Shown here: in pieces, positions 36,915-50,914 of the stretch
Numbering within the stretch: the stretch's first letter is position 1
Layout of the letters: every line of letters starts with the position of its first letter
Source: Gnetum montanum
Taxonomy: Eukaryota; Plantae; Gnetophyta
DNA: 64,000 nt
NCBI GenBank assembly: GCA_015680685.1
Contig: MNCI01002585.1
Span: 264,568-328,567, forward strand
Reading direction: 5' to 3'
The notes under the pieces: generated by a model
Databases searched by the model: none
Told to the model about the DNA's origin: nothing
The model's input: the letters and a program-made list of their open reading frames with translations, nothing else
Translations under genes and position numbers: made by a program

Positions 36915-39900
36915 TTGGAGTATGGAAACGTGAAGGCAACTCAATTTACCTTTGAGCCTGAGCAATCCTCATGGTAACATTAAGAGATTCATTGACCTTA
37001 ACCACTTAGATCTTGAGCCTGAATGCCCAGTCAACCACATAACCTCGATAGAGAAACCTCTTGAGTGGCTAGAAAACCTAATTAAAACTCTTGACCTTGA
37101 GGCCAGTGACATTACCAAAGAGTCTCTAGTTGAGGTTCCTGTCATGACACATAGTGATGAGGAGAAAACACTAGAACCTCAATAAGCTCAAGACATCACC
37201 AAGATCCTCCAAGACAACATTAAGACCTTTGCCTAATCATATGAATATATGTTGAGTCTTGACTCACACCTAGTGCAACATAACATCACACTCGACCCTA
37301 ATATCAAACTAGTTAAGCAAAAGGTTCGTAAGATTAGACTAGATTTAGCCCTGGTAGTTCGTGATGAAATCACGAAGTTATATCAAGCTGATTTCATTCA
37401 AGATGTTGATTACACAAAATGGGTGTCCAACATAGTGGTAGCCCCTAAGAAAAATGGGAGTGTACATATCTATATTGATTTTTGAGACCTAAATAAGGTA
37501 ACTATTAAAGATGATTTCCCTTTGCCTAGTGTTGACCAACTTATCGATATTATGACTAGACATGCCTTGTTATCATTCATGGATGGGTTCTTAGGATACA
37601 ACCAAGTTAGGATTAACTCAGAGCATTAACTTTGTACAACCTTCATGATCCCTTGGGGAACCTTTTGTTACACTATATGATGCCCTTTGATCTATAGAAC
37701 GCAGGCACAACTTATCAACAAGCCATGATGTATATCTTTAGTGACTATATGCTAAGATTACTTAATGACTACATGGATAACATAGCCATTAAATGTAAAA
37801 TGGCCAATGACCATGCGCATGACCTTGACCTTGTCTTGAAACAATGTCTTAAATATGAGCTTAGGCTTAACCCCAGGAAGTATGTCTTTAGTGTTAAAAC
37901 CAATAAGATGCTTGCTTTGTAGTATCCAAAGCAAGAATGTGTGCCAATCCTGATAAGGTTAAGTCCATATCCAACTTGTAGCACCATCTAACCTTAAGAA
38001 GCTTCAGGGATAGCAAGGTAGATAACAATTTATTCGTAGGCTCATCACCAAGCTCACAAATAAATTACAACCCATGCAACACTTTCTTAAGAAAGGAGTT
38101 CACTATAAGTTTATGGCTCAATGCCAAAAAGCCTTTAAAAACCTTGAGCAAGAGTTGGCACAACTACACATGGTCTATCCACTACAAAAGGATAAACCTT
38201 TTTACATATACCTTGTTATCTCTAACACATCCATTACCTCTCTACTTTGTTAGAAATGAGATGATGGAGCAGAGCTATCAGTATACTACCTAAGCCATGC
38301 ATTAATTGCCTATGAAACTTGATACACCGAAGTGGAGAAGTATTGTCTAGCCTTAGTCTTTTCATTGAAGAAGTGGAGACATTACCTCTTTAGGAGGCAA
38401 GTCAATGTCATTTACAAGGACAATTTTCTTAGAGCCATAAAGTAGTCATATAGCCCATTGGAAAGCCATAATAGCCAAGTTTGACCTACATTACATCTCC
38501 CAGGCCTCAACAAAAGGTTAGGCTATAGTTGCACAACTTACCTCTTCCCTAGTGAAAGACCATGTAGCCATTGACCCTAAATTCCCTAATGAACATGTCA
38601 ACATTATTGGTGAAGTACCCTAGGGCTATGAAGTAATTATGCACTTTGATGAAGCTTCAACCACCCATGGGGCCAATGCTACTACCATCATAACATCACC
38701 TTCTGGTGAAATCTAATCCTTCACCTACCATTTTGAATTCCCATGTACCAACAACGTGGTGGAGTATGAAGGATTGATCAAGAGAATGATGATAGCTTGT
38801 GACCAAGGAATCAAACGCCTAGTGATTAAAGGTTATTCATAACTTTTAGTTAACCAATTAATAGAGGTTTATGCATATAAAGCTAAGCACTTGCAACCTT
38901 ATGTGACCTAAGTAAGAAACTAATATAACAATTTACAGATGTTGGTATCCAACATATACCCTGAACCAAGAACACATTAGCTAATGCCATTACAACCCTA
39001 GCCCTAAGTGTAATTCCTAATGTGTTTAATAAGTTACCCTCATTAACTATGAACTATGCTATTCCCATTACATAGAACACCAAAGGCGACTCTATAGCCT
39101 TTGTTAATACCATTACTTAGAATGAGTGGTATTATGATACCAAGTTTTACCTTATGCAAGGTGAATCCTCACAACGCTTGACTACTTCTCAAAAGGATGG
39201 TGTACATAAAAGATCAAAATTGCATGTCATTATAGGTGATAACACATTATGTCAATGGTTCCATGATGACATATTATTAGTGTGCTTAGGTAAAATGGAA
39301 GTCCACACAATCCTTGAGCAAGTTCATGAGGGTGTATATGGGGGACATATAGGACCTAAAGCCATGGCCATGAAGATTAGACAACTAGGCTATTATTGGT
39401 CCTATATGGAAAGTGATTACCTACAAAAGGTTAAAACCTATGACACCTATCAACGACATAGCAACCTAATACATGTGCCACCAATGAGTTACATACTACT
39501 TAGATAACTTGGCCATTTCAATGATGGGAACTAAACATTTTTTGACCCATAATGCCGAAATATTTCATAGGGTATAGCTTTATCATCACTACAATCAAAT
39601 ACTTTACAAATTGGGTTAAAGTTGTTCCGCTTAGGAAGAAAATGTCTCAACAAGTATGTAGATTCATATTGGATAACATAGTAGCCAATTTTGGCATACC
39701 TTTAACCATAGTCACAGATAATGGACAACATTTTAGTAGTTAAGAAATGGAAGCTTTTTGTCAAGAACTAGGCATCAAGAATTCCTTTTCATCACCATAC
39801 TACCCTCAAGCTAATTGACAAGCTAAAGCTAGCAATAAGTCCATCATAAACTTGCTTTAAAATATGCTACATAATAACAAACACATGTGGCATGAGTGGC

Positions 39901-40359
39901 TTGTCCATGCACTTTAGGCCTATAAAATGACCTATCGAACTATAACTGATGTAAACCCATATAGCCTAGTTTATGGGACTAAAGTTGTTTTGCCTCTTGA
40001 AGTGCAAGTTCCATCACTTAGAGTGGCTCTATTGAACTTCATCAACAATGAGAAAAATGAGGACCATTAACTTGGATTCAAAGGAAAAGTAGTAAATACA
40101 AGCACTAGCTCACATTGAACGATACCAAGAGAGGAAAAAGTAAAAATATCACCATGACCTGAATAAATGAAAGATCAAGGAAGGAGATTTGATCCTCAAG
40201 GTTGTTCGTGAGCATGCAAACAAGTTCTCAACCAACTAGGAGGGGCCTTTCTTAGTCACCAAGGCCTACGGTAATGGAGCCTTCAAAATGGTAGACATGG
40301 ATGGAAATGAGTTGGCCAATCTAGTCAACCATTCTTATCTAAAGCCTTATTACATCTAA
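36915..40359 (+). pseudogene. pol: pol (RT-RH-aRH-INT) of Tat-2
   Basis: WVSNIVVAPKKNG, DYMDN, HFDEAS..CTNNVVEYE, VHEGVYGGH, GYYWS, VTDNG; many stops. Confidence 0.9.
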
Positions 40360-41433
40360 CATAATATTCTTTACAAGTACAAACCAATAGTTAACATCAA
40401 CGGCCCTTACACCAAATAACAAGAGAGCCTGCACATGCTTTCTCTATCTCTCTATCCCTCTATTCAACACAATGAATGAACTGCAAGCTTTGTAAATCTG
40501 ATGCACATTACATAGATCTTTGTATGCTATGACAATAGTGACCTGGTTTGTTATTTTTCATGTGTGGCCCTATGCATTGTATTGTAACAACATGTTTTCT
40601 TTGGCTTATTATCTTGTTCTCTTGGAGTTGTGCTTACAGGATGAAGCCTAGAAGTCATTGTGAAGGTGCAACTCTTTGCAATAGTACATTACCACATGAC
40701 CTTGATGTGCAAGATTCAATGGACTTATCTAGCCATACCAAGAGTGCTTGTTTCACATCATTCTCATATCGTTCATTAAGCCCAAACCCTGTAGCCTAAT
40801 TATAACCTTCCTTACCTTGAATGACAATAATGACCTATGTTTAACACTCATGCATTATGGCCATGTGACATTTCCTTTGTCATGCTCCACCATTAAGTCT
40901 GTTGAATGTAACACATCTTATTTAGTGAGAAACCGAAATCAAACTCGACCTTGGTAATGAAACCCAATGAAGGTTTCACCACATAAAAAATAGGAAGGAA
41001 ACTTACCAAGAATTTGGAAGGTTGATGAAGACCAAAAGATGAATTAACAGCTCCAAAAAAAGTAAAGGGAGAAGCGTAACAGCCAAAGAAACCTCAGAGT
41101 GGAATGTTGGTTCCATAAAAATATTACTGAGTGACCAACACTTTGAAGCACAAAGCACAAACATTACATTAACTAGCCAAAATGTCATTACCATAATCAT
41201 AATCATGATGTCAACATTTGAAACTCATTATTAATCTCGTGACCATTCCCTCATAGCCAAATATAATCTTTAACTTACGTCATCTCATCATCACAAGCAC
41301 TCTTTGGCATGGTTCAACAACTTTAGAATCAAGCACAGAGAGGAAATTTTGGTAAGGGACATGTAGTGGTGTTTTGTATTCTTTGTCAATGTCTCTCGAG
41401 TCAATCCTCCATACATCAACAAAGAGGGACCAA

Positions 41434-42785
41434 TGAAACACCACCAAGAAAATTCATGTTGCAACCCTTTGGCATTGTAACCTTCACCCTTAAACTTGAG
41501 GTTGGAATTTCATTATAAAATGTGAGGCTTGTAGGCCATGAGATGCAATCTCACATACTTGAACTTTTGGGGCTAAAAATGCCTCATAAGTTGTTGTAGC
41601 CTCACTTCCCATGTGAAAAAACTCATGTCATGTGTATATTTGGGCTTGGGAAGGCTAAAAATGCCTTGGGAACTACCAAATTTGCCATTTTTATGGGTTT
41701 TATGTTGGCCATAGCCACAACTACGTTGGAACCACCTACACCCAACATTGAAGTTGTTGGGTTTTCATTTTCCTAGTAATGGCCAACATAGTTGCTACAA
41801 CTCCCAACATAGATGCCACAAGGCTAGTGTTGGGGTTATGGATTTTTTCCATGAAGTGAGCATTAGAGTGGATGGGATTTTTGTTTTGCCAACTATGCCA
41901 ACATTGCTCCAACAATTCCAATGTAAATCTCACAAGGCCAACGTAGTTGGGTGAAGCCAATGTAGTTCCAAAAATCTATTTACTATTTATGGTATCCAGC
42001 ATGGGTTTGGTGGCCTAGGTGCATCAAAATTATTAAAAATGAAGAACTACACTGGAAATGATGGCCTATCACACCTGCAAGTTACACCAATCTATTAACA
42101 ACCATGGCAAAAATTTGCAATCAAAAACCAGCAACCATATAACCTATAAAAGCCAAATTTGAACACCTTGAAAAGGTTCTACCAAAAATTCTTCGATCAA
42201 TAAAGAAAATTTTCTTGGTTCCACCTTTTGCAATCTATAACACCTAAAACCTTTAGCATTGTACAAGACTTTTGGTTGGCAACCACTTGGGCATTTGAGA
42301 CTCCTAGTGTAATTCCAAAATTCCAAAAGGTCAAACACCCTTTAGCCCCTAGTAACCAATGTTGCAAATTTAAGCTGAAAACCACTAAGGATTTTTAGCA
42401 ATTAGAGTTGGGAAGTACCTGGATCATGAGGCTAATTACAAAACATAACCTGTCAACTTCAACAGGCTTTAAACTTCATCCAAGCAAACTCCTTGTGCAC
42501 TCAGGCACATAATTTATACACATTTGAACTCTTCTTTTGCAACAATATCATTGTTTTTAATAAAGTTTACAATTCATTTGTTGTGCAAGTTTATTTCATG
42601 ATTAATTTCTATACTTTCTTTTTAATTGGATCTACATTTTTATTTAAGTTATTTACCCCGTTTACACTCCCTAAGTCCCTGGGTGATCAACAAGACCATC
42701 TAGGGTGCCTTGGATCCTCTTTCTTGAAGGCCTTTGGGATCCACAGTTAAGTTGTTTCAGCTAGAATTCTTGGTTTTCTAGTAAC
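41434..42785 (+). repeat. 3' LTR of Tat-2 (right end approximate)
   Basis: Begins TGAAACACCAC after the PPT; contains the same ACTACGTTGG/CCAACGTAGT motifs; length inferred from the Tat-1 LTR. Confidence 0.6.
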
Positions 42786-43228
42786 TGAATTTTTCAAACA
42801 TTAAAAAGTTTGATTAGATAAAACAATTGTAGGAGTTTGATTAATAAGATAGGCAATAGTAAGAGCACATTCCCTCTAAAAACATAAAGGTATGTTAGCT
42901 TAAAACCTTAAAGCTCAAGCAACATTTAGAAGATATCATTGTTTTCATTCAACTATGCCATTTTGTTGTGGGTAGCAACACAACTACATTGATGAATAGT
43001 ACTTTTTTCTTGATAAAAAGAATGCATATTGAATTCAATACCATTACCACTTTAAATTTGTTGAATTTTACAACCAAATTGTCAACTAAAGTGTAAAAGG
43101 ATTTTTAATAAAAAATGAATTTCAGTTTTGTATCGCATAAGAAACACCTAATTACATCTAGTAAAATCATCAACTATAGTTAAGAAATACAATGCACTAG
43201 TAAGAGAAGGTGTTTTGAAGACATCCCA

Positions 43229-44371
43229 TGAGGATCATTGAACTTAGAAGGTGGGGGGGTGTGGGTGTGCGAAGGGTGGGGGATGGGGATTGGGGGATAG
43301 ATTAATAAGTTCCCCAAATTCAAATTCTTTGGACAAAGCACACACACCAAATTTAACATGGTTCCCCAACTTGGGTAGTCCACACTCGAAGGATAGATCA
43401 CAAACACACCTCTAGACTTTGTTGCTCTTAAATGTGATTTGAAAGGTACCACACCCTATACAATCTCTAAGCCTTGCTCTAAATTGTTGTAATGCTAAAC
43501 CAACCACTCAATCCCATAAAGTCCCTTTAGGCTTAGAATGTGGTTTCTAAGCTTCCACAACTTTTACAATCTTGAGCTCCACTCTAGAGTGTGATGCTGC
43601 AACACCAACCACTCAATCTTGCAAGATCCTAACAAGCTCAAGCAAGATGCCTTTCCGCAAGAAGCACATCAATCCTGCAAGGTCCAAAGGAGAACAATAG
43701 TTACAAGGGATGAATGCAACTTAGTTTGCTAACCCTTGCACTTTGAAGTACAACACACTTTACAATGGACAAATGATAATACAATGAGGAGCAACAATGA
43801 ATACAATGATTAACAAATGATTATACACTAATTGTACAAGAGCTTGCGCATTTCCCAATGAAAGTGATATCTACTTATAGTCATCATGTTTTTAAATCCA
43901 TCTTGAAACTTGTGCAATAGCTAGTTAACGATCATGGAAGACATCTTCTTCGTGCTTGAGACATCTTTCTATATTTGATCTTCATTCTAGAAGACGTCTT
44001 TGTTTGGTGAAAAATATCTTTATGAAATCTCCATTTTGGGAAGACATCTTTGTTTGGAGAAAGATGCCCTTCTAAAACCGGTCCACATGTGAAGATGTCT
44101 TTGTCTAGGGAAAGATGTCTTTGTCTGATGAAAGACATCTGTTGTTTCTTGAAGACGTCATTGCCTATGCATCCTTCAATTTTTCCAAGACACCTTCAAC
44201 CTTCTTTTGCACTTTGAATTCTTCATTCCTTGGACACAACTTTGATCTTTCACAAACCTTCTTATCTTAATCCAAGCTCTTATCTTGAAAACACAATAAT
44301 CACACACACACACACACAAACAACCTTGTCTTCCATTTTTCTTAACGTTTTGACATACCAAAAGGTCCACA
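43229..44371 (-). mobile_element. Solo LTR, SIRE/Copia-like family
   Basis: Minus strand reads TGTGGACCTTTTGGTATGTCAAAAC...GATCCTCA; flanks TCCCA/CCCCA (TSD with 1 mismatch); homologous to 60283-61421. Confidence 0.8.
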
Positions 44372-44820
44372 CCCCATATGTTACAATGAATTAATTAAAA
44401 AGGTTTAGTACTAGAAATACAACTTGAAGGAAAGGGCAATCAAGCTTGTTTATCAATTAGGAAAATTTATAATGTGATGGATGTGAAATAGAAATTTCAA
44501 ATGTATTTTTGGCTAATAAGTGCAAACAAGCACTAGACAAATGTCCCAATCATTTATGCCATAAATCAAATGAGGAAATAAAAGTTAGAAAATGAAAAAG
44601 ACCTTTATGGAACTTATTCGAAACCTTGATAGAAGGATGAAGAAGGTATAGGTCATTCATTTCTTTACCCACTCTAATCGTTTTCCTAGAGACTTGATCT
44701 TGTATAATACATGAATCAGAAAAGCAAGATACTTTGCAATTCATATGGTGAACTAGTTTGCTAATAAATATTAGATTGATTTTTAAAAAAGGAACATAGA
44801 GAACATCTTTTAAAACTAAT

Positions 44821-47800
44821 TGATGAGACACGATATCACATGCGTCGTGATATTGCATACGCGATATCGTGGTCCGCCATCAAATCTATAAATAAGAGGC
44901 GGCACTTCCCTTATTTTCCATCCTAGGCTAGAAGTAGGGAAACTCTGGCAGTTTAATCACTCCAGAGATAGAATATTTTTCATGTGCCCGCAATAGGAGT
45001 CCCCAAGTGAACGGATCTTTATTCGAGCAACTTTGTACCTGAACGCAAGTTGTGTACAGCAATAAAGACGAGCTTTGTGGATAAACCTTGCAGTGCATGA
45101 AATAGGTTTATTACCTGTTATTTATTCCTGCATTAGCGCGGCATGAGTACGACTTGATTATGAGCATTAACGAATGTGTACAGCTAATCAAGGAACCGGC
45201 TGCTCATTGTGATTAGTCTCTCTCACCCTCAACTCCTTGAGTACGACTTGATTACGAGCATCTACGGATGTGTACGGCTAGTCAAGGAATCAGCTACTCA
45301 TCACGTTTAGGCTAGTTAAGTGTCTCAGTACGACCACTTCGAGCACGTGTGTTATGTGTGGTGATCCCAGTAACGATTAGCGTTTGGTAGCCATAGTTGC
45401 ATAGTTCAGGGTGTGTACGGTAAGTGGGAACGGATGCTGACGCTAGTTAATTTAGACTTAGTCCTTAGTTAGAGTTAGTTAGCTCTCTCAACCCTTCACC
45501 TTGATAGCATAGGAGAAAAACCATAAAAGACCATAAAAATCATAAGGTAGGAGAGTCAACATGCACTGTTGAAGGGCAAGGTCCCGCATGTCCTTAGCGA
45601 AATAGGAGATGAGGAACCCCTTATCATGAGTTCTTTAGCAAATGATGTTCCCCATCCTAACGATGGTGAGGAGGTTGGGTATTAGAACCTATGATCAACA
45701 ATACATAACACTGGTTCTGATGCTCGTGAACACCAACTATTCACAGAGGGAACAACCACTCATGCTAAGGACGGGCACTTGGATCGTCACCACGATCGGG
45801 GCCGTAGCAGTCAAAGAGAAGGCAAGAAACATCGTCATGGCGATGGTTTCCCTTCTTCTTCCCCTTCTTTACATCACTCATCCTCTCCTTCCACATCTGG
45901 GCACAGCCACCATGAACATAAAGGTGAGGATAAAAGTAAGAAGAACAAAATACCTCGACGGGAAAGTCGAGAGAGAGGACAAGGGCAAGGACGTAGGGAG
46001 AGTAGGGAACAACGAAGACATCACAGGCGTCATGAAAGAGACAATCATGACGAGCCCCTACTCGCAACCCAAAGTATGATTAACATAACGGAGGTAGTTA
46101 GGATTCCCATAAGGCATTTAAAAGATAGTCGGATTAGGCATTTAGACATCAACAACATCCCACGATTTGAAGGGGGATACAATGTTGATCCACAAAATCA
46201 TTTACAGGCATTCCACGATGCTTGTGCGTTGTAGAATATAGAAAATGAGTGGAAAAAACTTAAGTTGTTCCCAAGGACACTCACCAAGGAAGCAGAGAGC
46301 TGGTACTGGTCCTTAGAACTGGAAACCATCAAGAGGTGGAGTATGATGCTAGAACTGTTCAACGAAAAGTATCAAACGTACTCCAGAGTATCCAATTTGG
46401 GTAAGCAGATCCAAGGCTGGAAGCAAGGTACATATGAACCCTTGGATGCTACCATGGCTTGCTACTACACATTGTTACATCGTTGCTCGGGCCATGGGTA
46501 CACTCAGCGGGATCAACTTCGCCACATCGTGGATGGGCTAAGGAATGAAACTAGAAGAACCCTTGGAACTTATGCCCAAGGGAGACTCTCACAACTTAGA
46601 GCCCATGAAGTGCATAGCTTGTTGGAACAAGTAGCAAACGAAGAAGGTGAGCTACGAAAAAGGGAAAGTGCGAAAGAGTACAACCGCAACCCTTGCCTTC
46701 GAAAGAAGGGAGTGAAATTTTGTGATGAGGAGGATGAGTCATCACTCGAAAAGTTGGTGAATCGAAAAACTTTGCCGATCCAAAAATTAACAATCGAGAT
46801 ATCAGCCACAGCCCACTAATGTATTATCCAAGTGGAACTCCACCACAGCCCATTAGACAGCATCAGCAGTGGCAATACCCACAGTCATGGGGGATGTCAC
46901 CGCCAACACAACAGTACCCTTACCGGTAGCCCAATCCTTATGGTTATTATGTGCAGCAGTCGGTTTCTCCAGGTGACTCTATGAGTCACACAACCCCCAA
47001 CCGTCACTACCAAGTTCGGGAGTACTTCAGAAGGACTCCTTCTCCTCTGGGAGACATCTCACACCCACACCATCCTCCAAATCCATCCGCACCTCTTCCA
47101 CTTGTAGTTCCCATAACACCTCCTGCTCCAACAATGCAAGGGGAACTTCCTCCTNNNNNNNNNNNNNNNNNNNNNNNNNNNNNNNNNNNNNNNNNNNNNN
47201 NNNNNNNNNNNNNNNNNNNNNNNNNNNNNNNNNNNNNNNNNNNNNNNNNNNNNNNNNNNNNNNNNNNNNNNNNNNNNNNNNNNNNNNNNNNNNNNNNNNN
47301 NNNNNNNNNNNNNNNNNNNNNNNNNNNNNNNNNNNNNNNNNNNNNNNNNNNNNNNNNNNNNNNNNNNNNNNNNNNNNNNNNNNNNNNNNNNNNNNNNNNN
47401 NNNNNNNNNNNNNNNNNNNNNNNNNNNNNNNNNNNNNNNNNNNNNNNNNNNNNNNNNNNNNNNNNNNNNNNCCCAACTTAAGAAGAGCAACATTCAACTA
47501 GAGTTGGCAGACCAGTCCATCACCATTCCCTTGGGATTAGTGAAGGACATCATTACCACTGTGTGTGGTTGGTCTTACCCAGCTGATTTCCTAGTGATTG
47601 AAGTTAATAACAACGAAGGGAACTTCCCGATTATAATGGGAAGGGCATGGCTAAGCACAGTAGACGCATATCTTAGGATCCGCGATCTTTCCTTGGAAAT
47701 TTCCAAGATAAACATTTGTGGAAAGATCAAGAAGAGGAAAGTTCCATGCATCACATATAGTGATTCATCGGGTGATGACATGGAGAAAATGTCTCCATGT

Positions 47801-50800
47801 AACAGGTGTGCTCTTGAAACATTGAAACAAAGATGCCTGTATGTAGCAACCACACAACCAGTAGTAAACACCCCGTGGTTGACAGCGACTCGAAGGAGCA
47901 ACCAAATATGCATGGAACGAACTGAGGAAACCCATGCCAACAATAAAGGCATAGACACATTGGAATATGAGCGTCGCCAACTTCCATCCCTCAATCTAAG
48001 ATCATCAATTGGGAGAAGTTGGGCACTTCTACGAAATTCAAACAGACATTCATTATTTCGGATCTCTCCCTTACAACTCAGTCATGGGGGAGATGGCCAC
48101 CCATGCTAATCATATAGGGCCCTCAGTTCTTTTTCAATTTTTGTTTTACACGTTTTTATTTTACAANTTTACAACATCGTTATACTTTTTCCATTTTGTG
48201 TGTGTGTGTGTGTGATCCACCCTATAAGTTTGTCCCATAATAAGTGTTTGGAATGATGGTATGAACTATTTTCATATTGATTGCTAATGTTTGGTTTTTA
48301 CCTTTAAGTCACAATGTTACTACTAAGGTATGTTTCTTTTGATCTGGTAGGCAATGAGACCACTTCATCCATCCATCCACCAGTTTCTATGGTCTCTCTC
48401 GGCTTGGAAATGTATAGTCCCCTTCTTAATAAGAACTTAAACGAATCAGTGACTGGGCATTTCTCAAACTAAGGAAGGACTCAAGGATTGAAAAGGGTGT
48501 GACTTCAAGGGAACTTGATGCTTTTGTGTTGGTCATTCTCTTAGGTGCTTGGATGTTTTCTTCTTGAGTTTTCTTGCCGTTTCGATGTTACCCCAATTAT
48601 CGGAAGCTGAGACAATAAAAATAAGAAGTCTTTGCATGGTGTGGTTCTCACGCATAAAAACACAAAACAAAAAAAAAAACTAAGTGAGAATTCAAAGCAC
48701 ATCCCTTAGACGAAATAAAACTTGGGCTACAAGCACTGGTTATGGAACCAAAAGTGTTCCCTCTAATTAAGGCCCTTCTCGCTTCCCATTCTCTCCGTTG
48801 TTTCATCGAAATGGTGATGGCTCTTGAAGGACGCATCCTTGTTACTCCAAGTGGATGGTTTAGCCGAATGCATTGATGCGAAGTCACTGGATATGGTTGG
48901 TTTGAGGCCAGAGTTGGAATGAGATTTGCTACGTCCCATTAATCATGAAACACACAAGGGGCTGTACACCACCTTGTTCTTGGGATTCCATTCCATCCTC
49001 TTCTCTTCACCCTTCTCTCCACTGTTCACCTCATTGCCGGTTGTATCATTAGTGTATATATTTTGGTTGATGCATTGTTTTCCTTTTGGTAAATTCTTGC
49101 GATTAAGACTTTAACTCTTGTTCCAAATAACATTCCCGGAGCCTACGGACTTTTTGAATGTGGGTTTGTCAGGGCATTAAGAGCATAAGCCTGCTTTGGG
49201 GAGGACCCACTGACATTCCTATTTGGAGCATCCGTTAACTTCTTTCCCTTAACATTTTGCAATTAATTTTATTTTGTTCATTAACATATTAACATCCATT
49301 TCATCGATGCCATAGTTGTCTCTTTTTATCTATCTTTCTTCCTCCTTTTCCTTCTCCATTTTAAAACTACCGGAGGTTCGCGATCAATCATGGGGGTACG
49401 GGGCCTGATTTTTTCGATTTTCTCCTAGCCCCGAAAATTTTTGATTTTCTTCCTAACCCTACATCTTCGGTAGTCATCATTAATATATTCCCAGATCCAT
49501 ATCAGCCATACCACAACCTAGCCAATGGACTTACACCGCAGCAAGGTATCAATTACATGATGATTCATTTACCCTTGCTAATTAAGATTGTGTTGTGTGT
49601 GCAGATGGTGACCATGCAAACAACGAATGGGATCTAGAGCAAACACTTGGAATGGAGCAACGCTGAAGCAGCTATGCAAGAAGCAAGATCGATGGCACAT
49701 TTACAGATGGACAACGAAGGCGTAATCTTGGCGTTGGCAGCAGCAACACTTCTTTCTCTCTCTCTTTCTCAACTCCCAACTAAGGCCTAATGTCATTGTA
49801 ATAAGGTGTTCACTCTTGTTGTCATGAACACCAGTTTTGTCAAGTCTTGTAATAAAGATCCGTTCACATGTCATCCCATTAGTTCCATTCCCCTCAATAA
49901 TTCCATACCTTCCCAATATTATTGTAAGGAACTCAAGGACGAGTTTTTATTCAGTCATGGGGGTATGATGAGACACGATATCGCATGCGCCACGATATCG
50001 CGACCGTCGCGATATCGCATCCCATGCAATATCGCGTCGTCCCCTGCGATATCGCAGTCCACTGCCAAATCTATAAATAAGAGGCAGCACTCCTCTTATT
50101 TTCCATCCTAGGCTAGAAGTAGAGAAACTCTGGCAGTTTAATCACTCCAGAGATAGAATATTTTCCATGTGCCCGCAGTAGGAGTGCCCAAGTGAACGGA
50201 TCTTTATTCGAGTAGCTTTGTACCTGAACGCACACAACAATAAAGACGAGCTTTGTGGATAAACCTTACAATGCATGGAATAGGTTTATTACCTGTTATT
50301 TATTACCTGCATTAGCGCGGCATGAGTACAACTTGATTACGAGCATTGACGAATGTGTACGGCTAATCAAAGAATCGGCTACTCATCGCGATTAGTCTCT
50401 CTCACCCTCAACTCCTAGAACGTGAGATAAGTACGACTTGATTATGAGCATCTACGGATGTGTACGGCTAGTCAAGGAATCAACTACCCATCACGTTTAG
50501 GCTAGTTAAGTGCCTCAGTACAACCACTTCGAGCACGTGCGTTACGTGTGGTGATCCCAGTAACGATTAGCGTTTGGTAGCCACAGTTGCATAGTTCAGG
50601 GTGTGTATGGTAAGTGGGAACAAATACTGACGCTAGTTAATTTAGACTTAGTCTTTAGTTAGAGTTAGTTAGCTCTCTCAACCCTTCACCTTGATAGCAT
50701 AGGAGAACAAGCATAAAAGACCATAAAAATCATATACCTCGGACTTACTTAACCATACACCGTGACAACAACAATTAAGTCTAGGAAGACAACGAATGAT

Positions 50801-50914
50801 TAACCCCAAGTGTTCCATGAGGCGTTTAGGCATTTAGTCTATGGAGTTCAACCGGATCGTGCGTGCTATGCTCGTTTCGTATGGTTGAGTGTAAGGGTAC
50901 CTCGCCACTCATCA
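44821..50914 (+). mobile_element. Athila-like non-autonomous element (gag + PR, no RT/INT)
   Basis: LTR TGATGAGACAC...CCACTCATCA; 5' LTR truncated at ~45545; 3' LTR 49966-50914; TSD CTAAT/CTGAT; GGACGAGTTTTT..GGGGGTA PPT; gag KLFPRTLTKEAESWY; PR YPADFLVIE..IIMGRAWL. Confidence 0.85.
47155..47471. other. Assembly gap (N)
   Basis: Run of N. Confidence 1.

Larger units (their letters stand above)
30340..42785 (+). mobile_element. Second, older Tat/Ogre-type element (Tat-2), 5' half missing
   Basis: pol is colinear with Tat-1 pol; same PPT (AACAAAGAGGG) and LTR start TGAAACACCAC at 41434; carries a homologous antisense gene; right end approximate. Confidence 0.85.

Noticed and set aside
46951-47497. 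Long ORFs spanning N runs (also 62449-62986)
   Set aside because: Artefacts of assembly gaps
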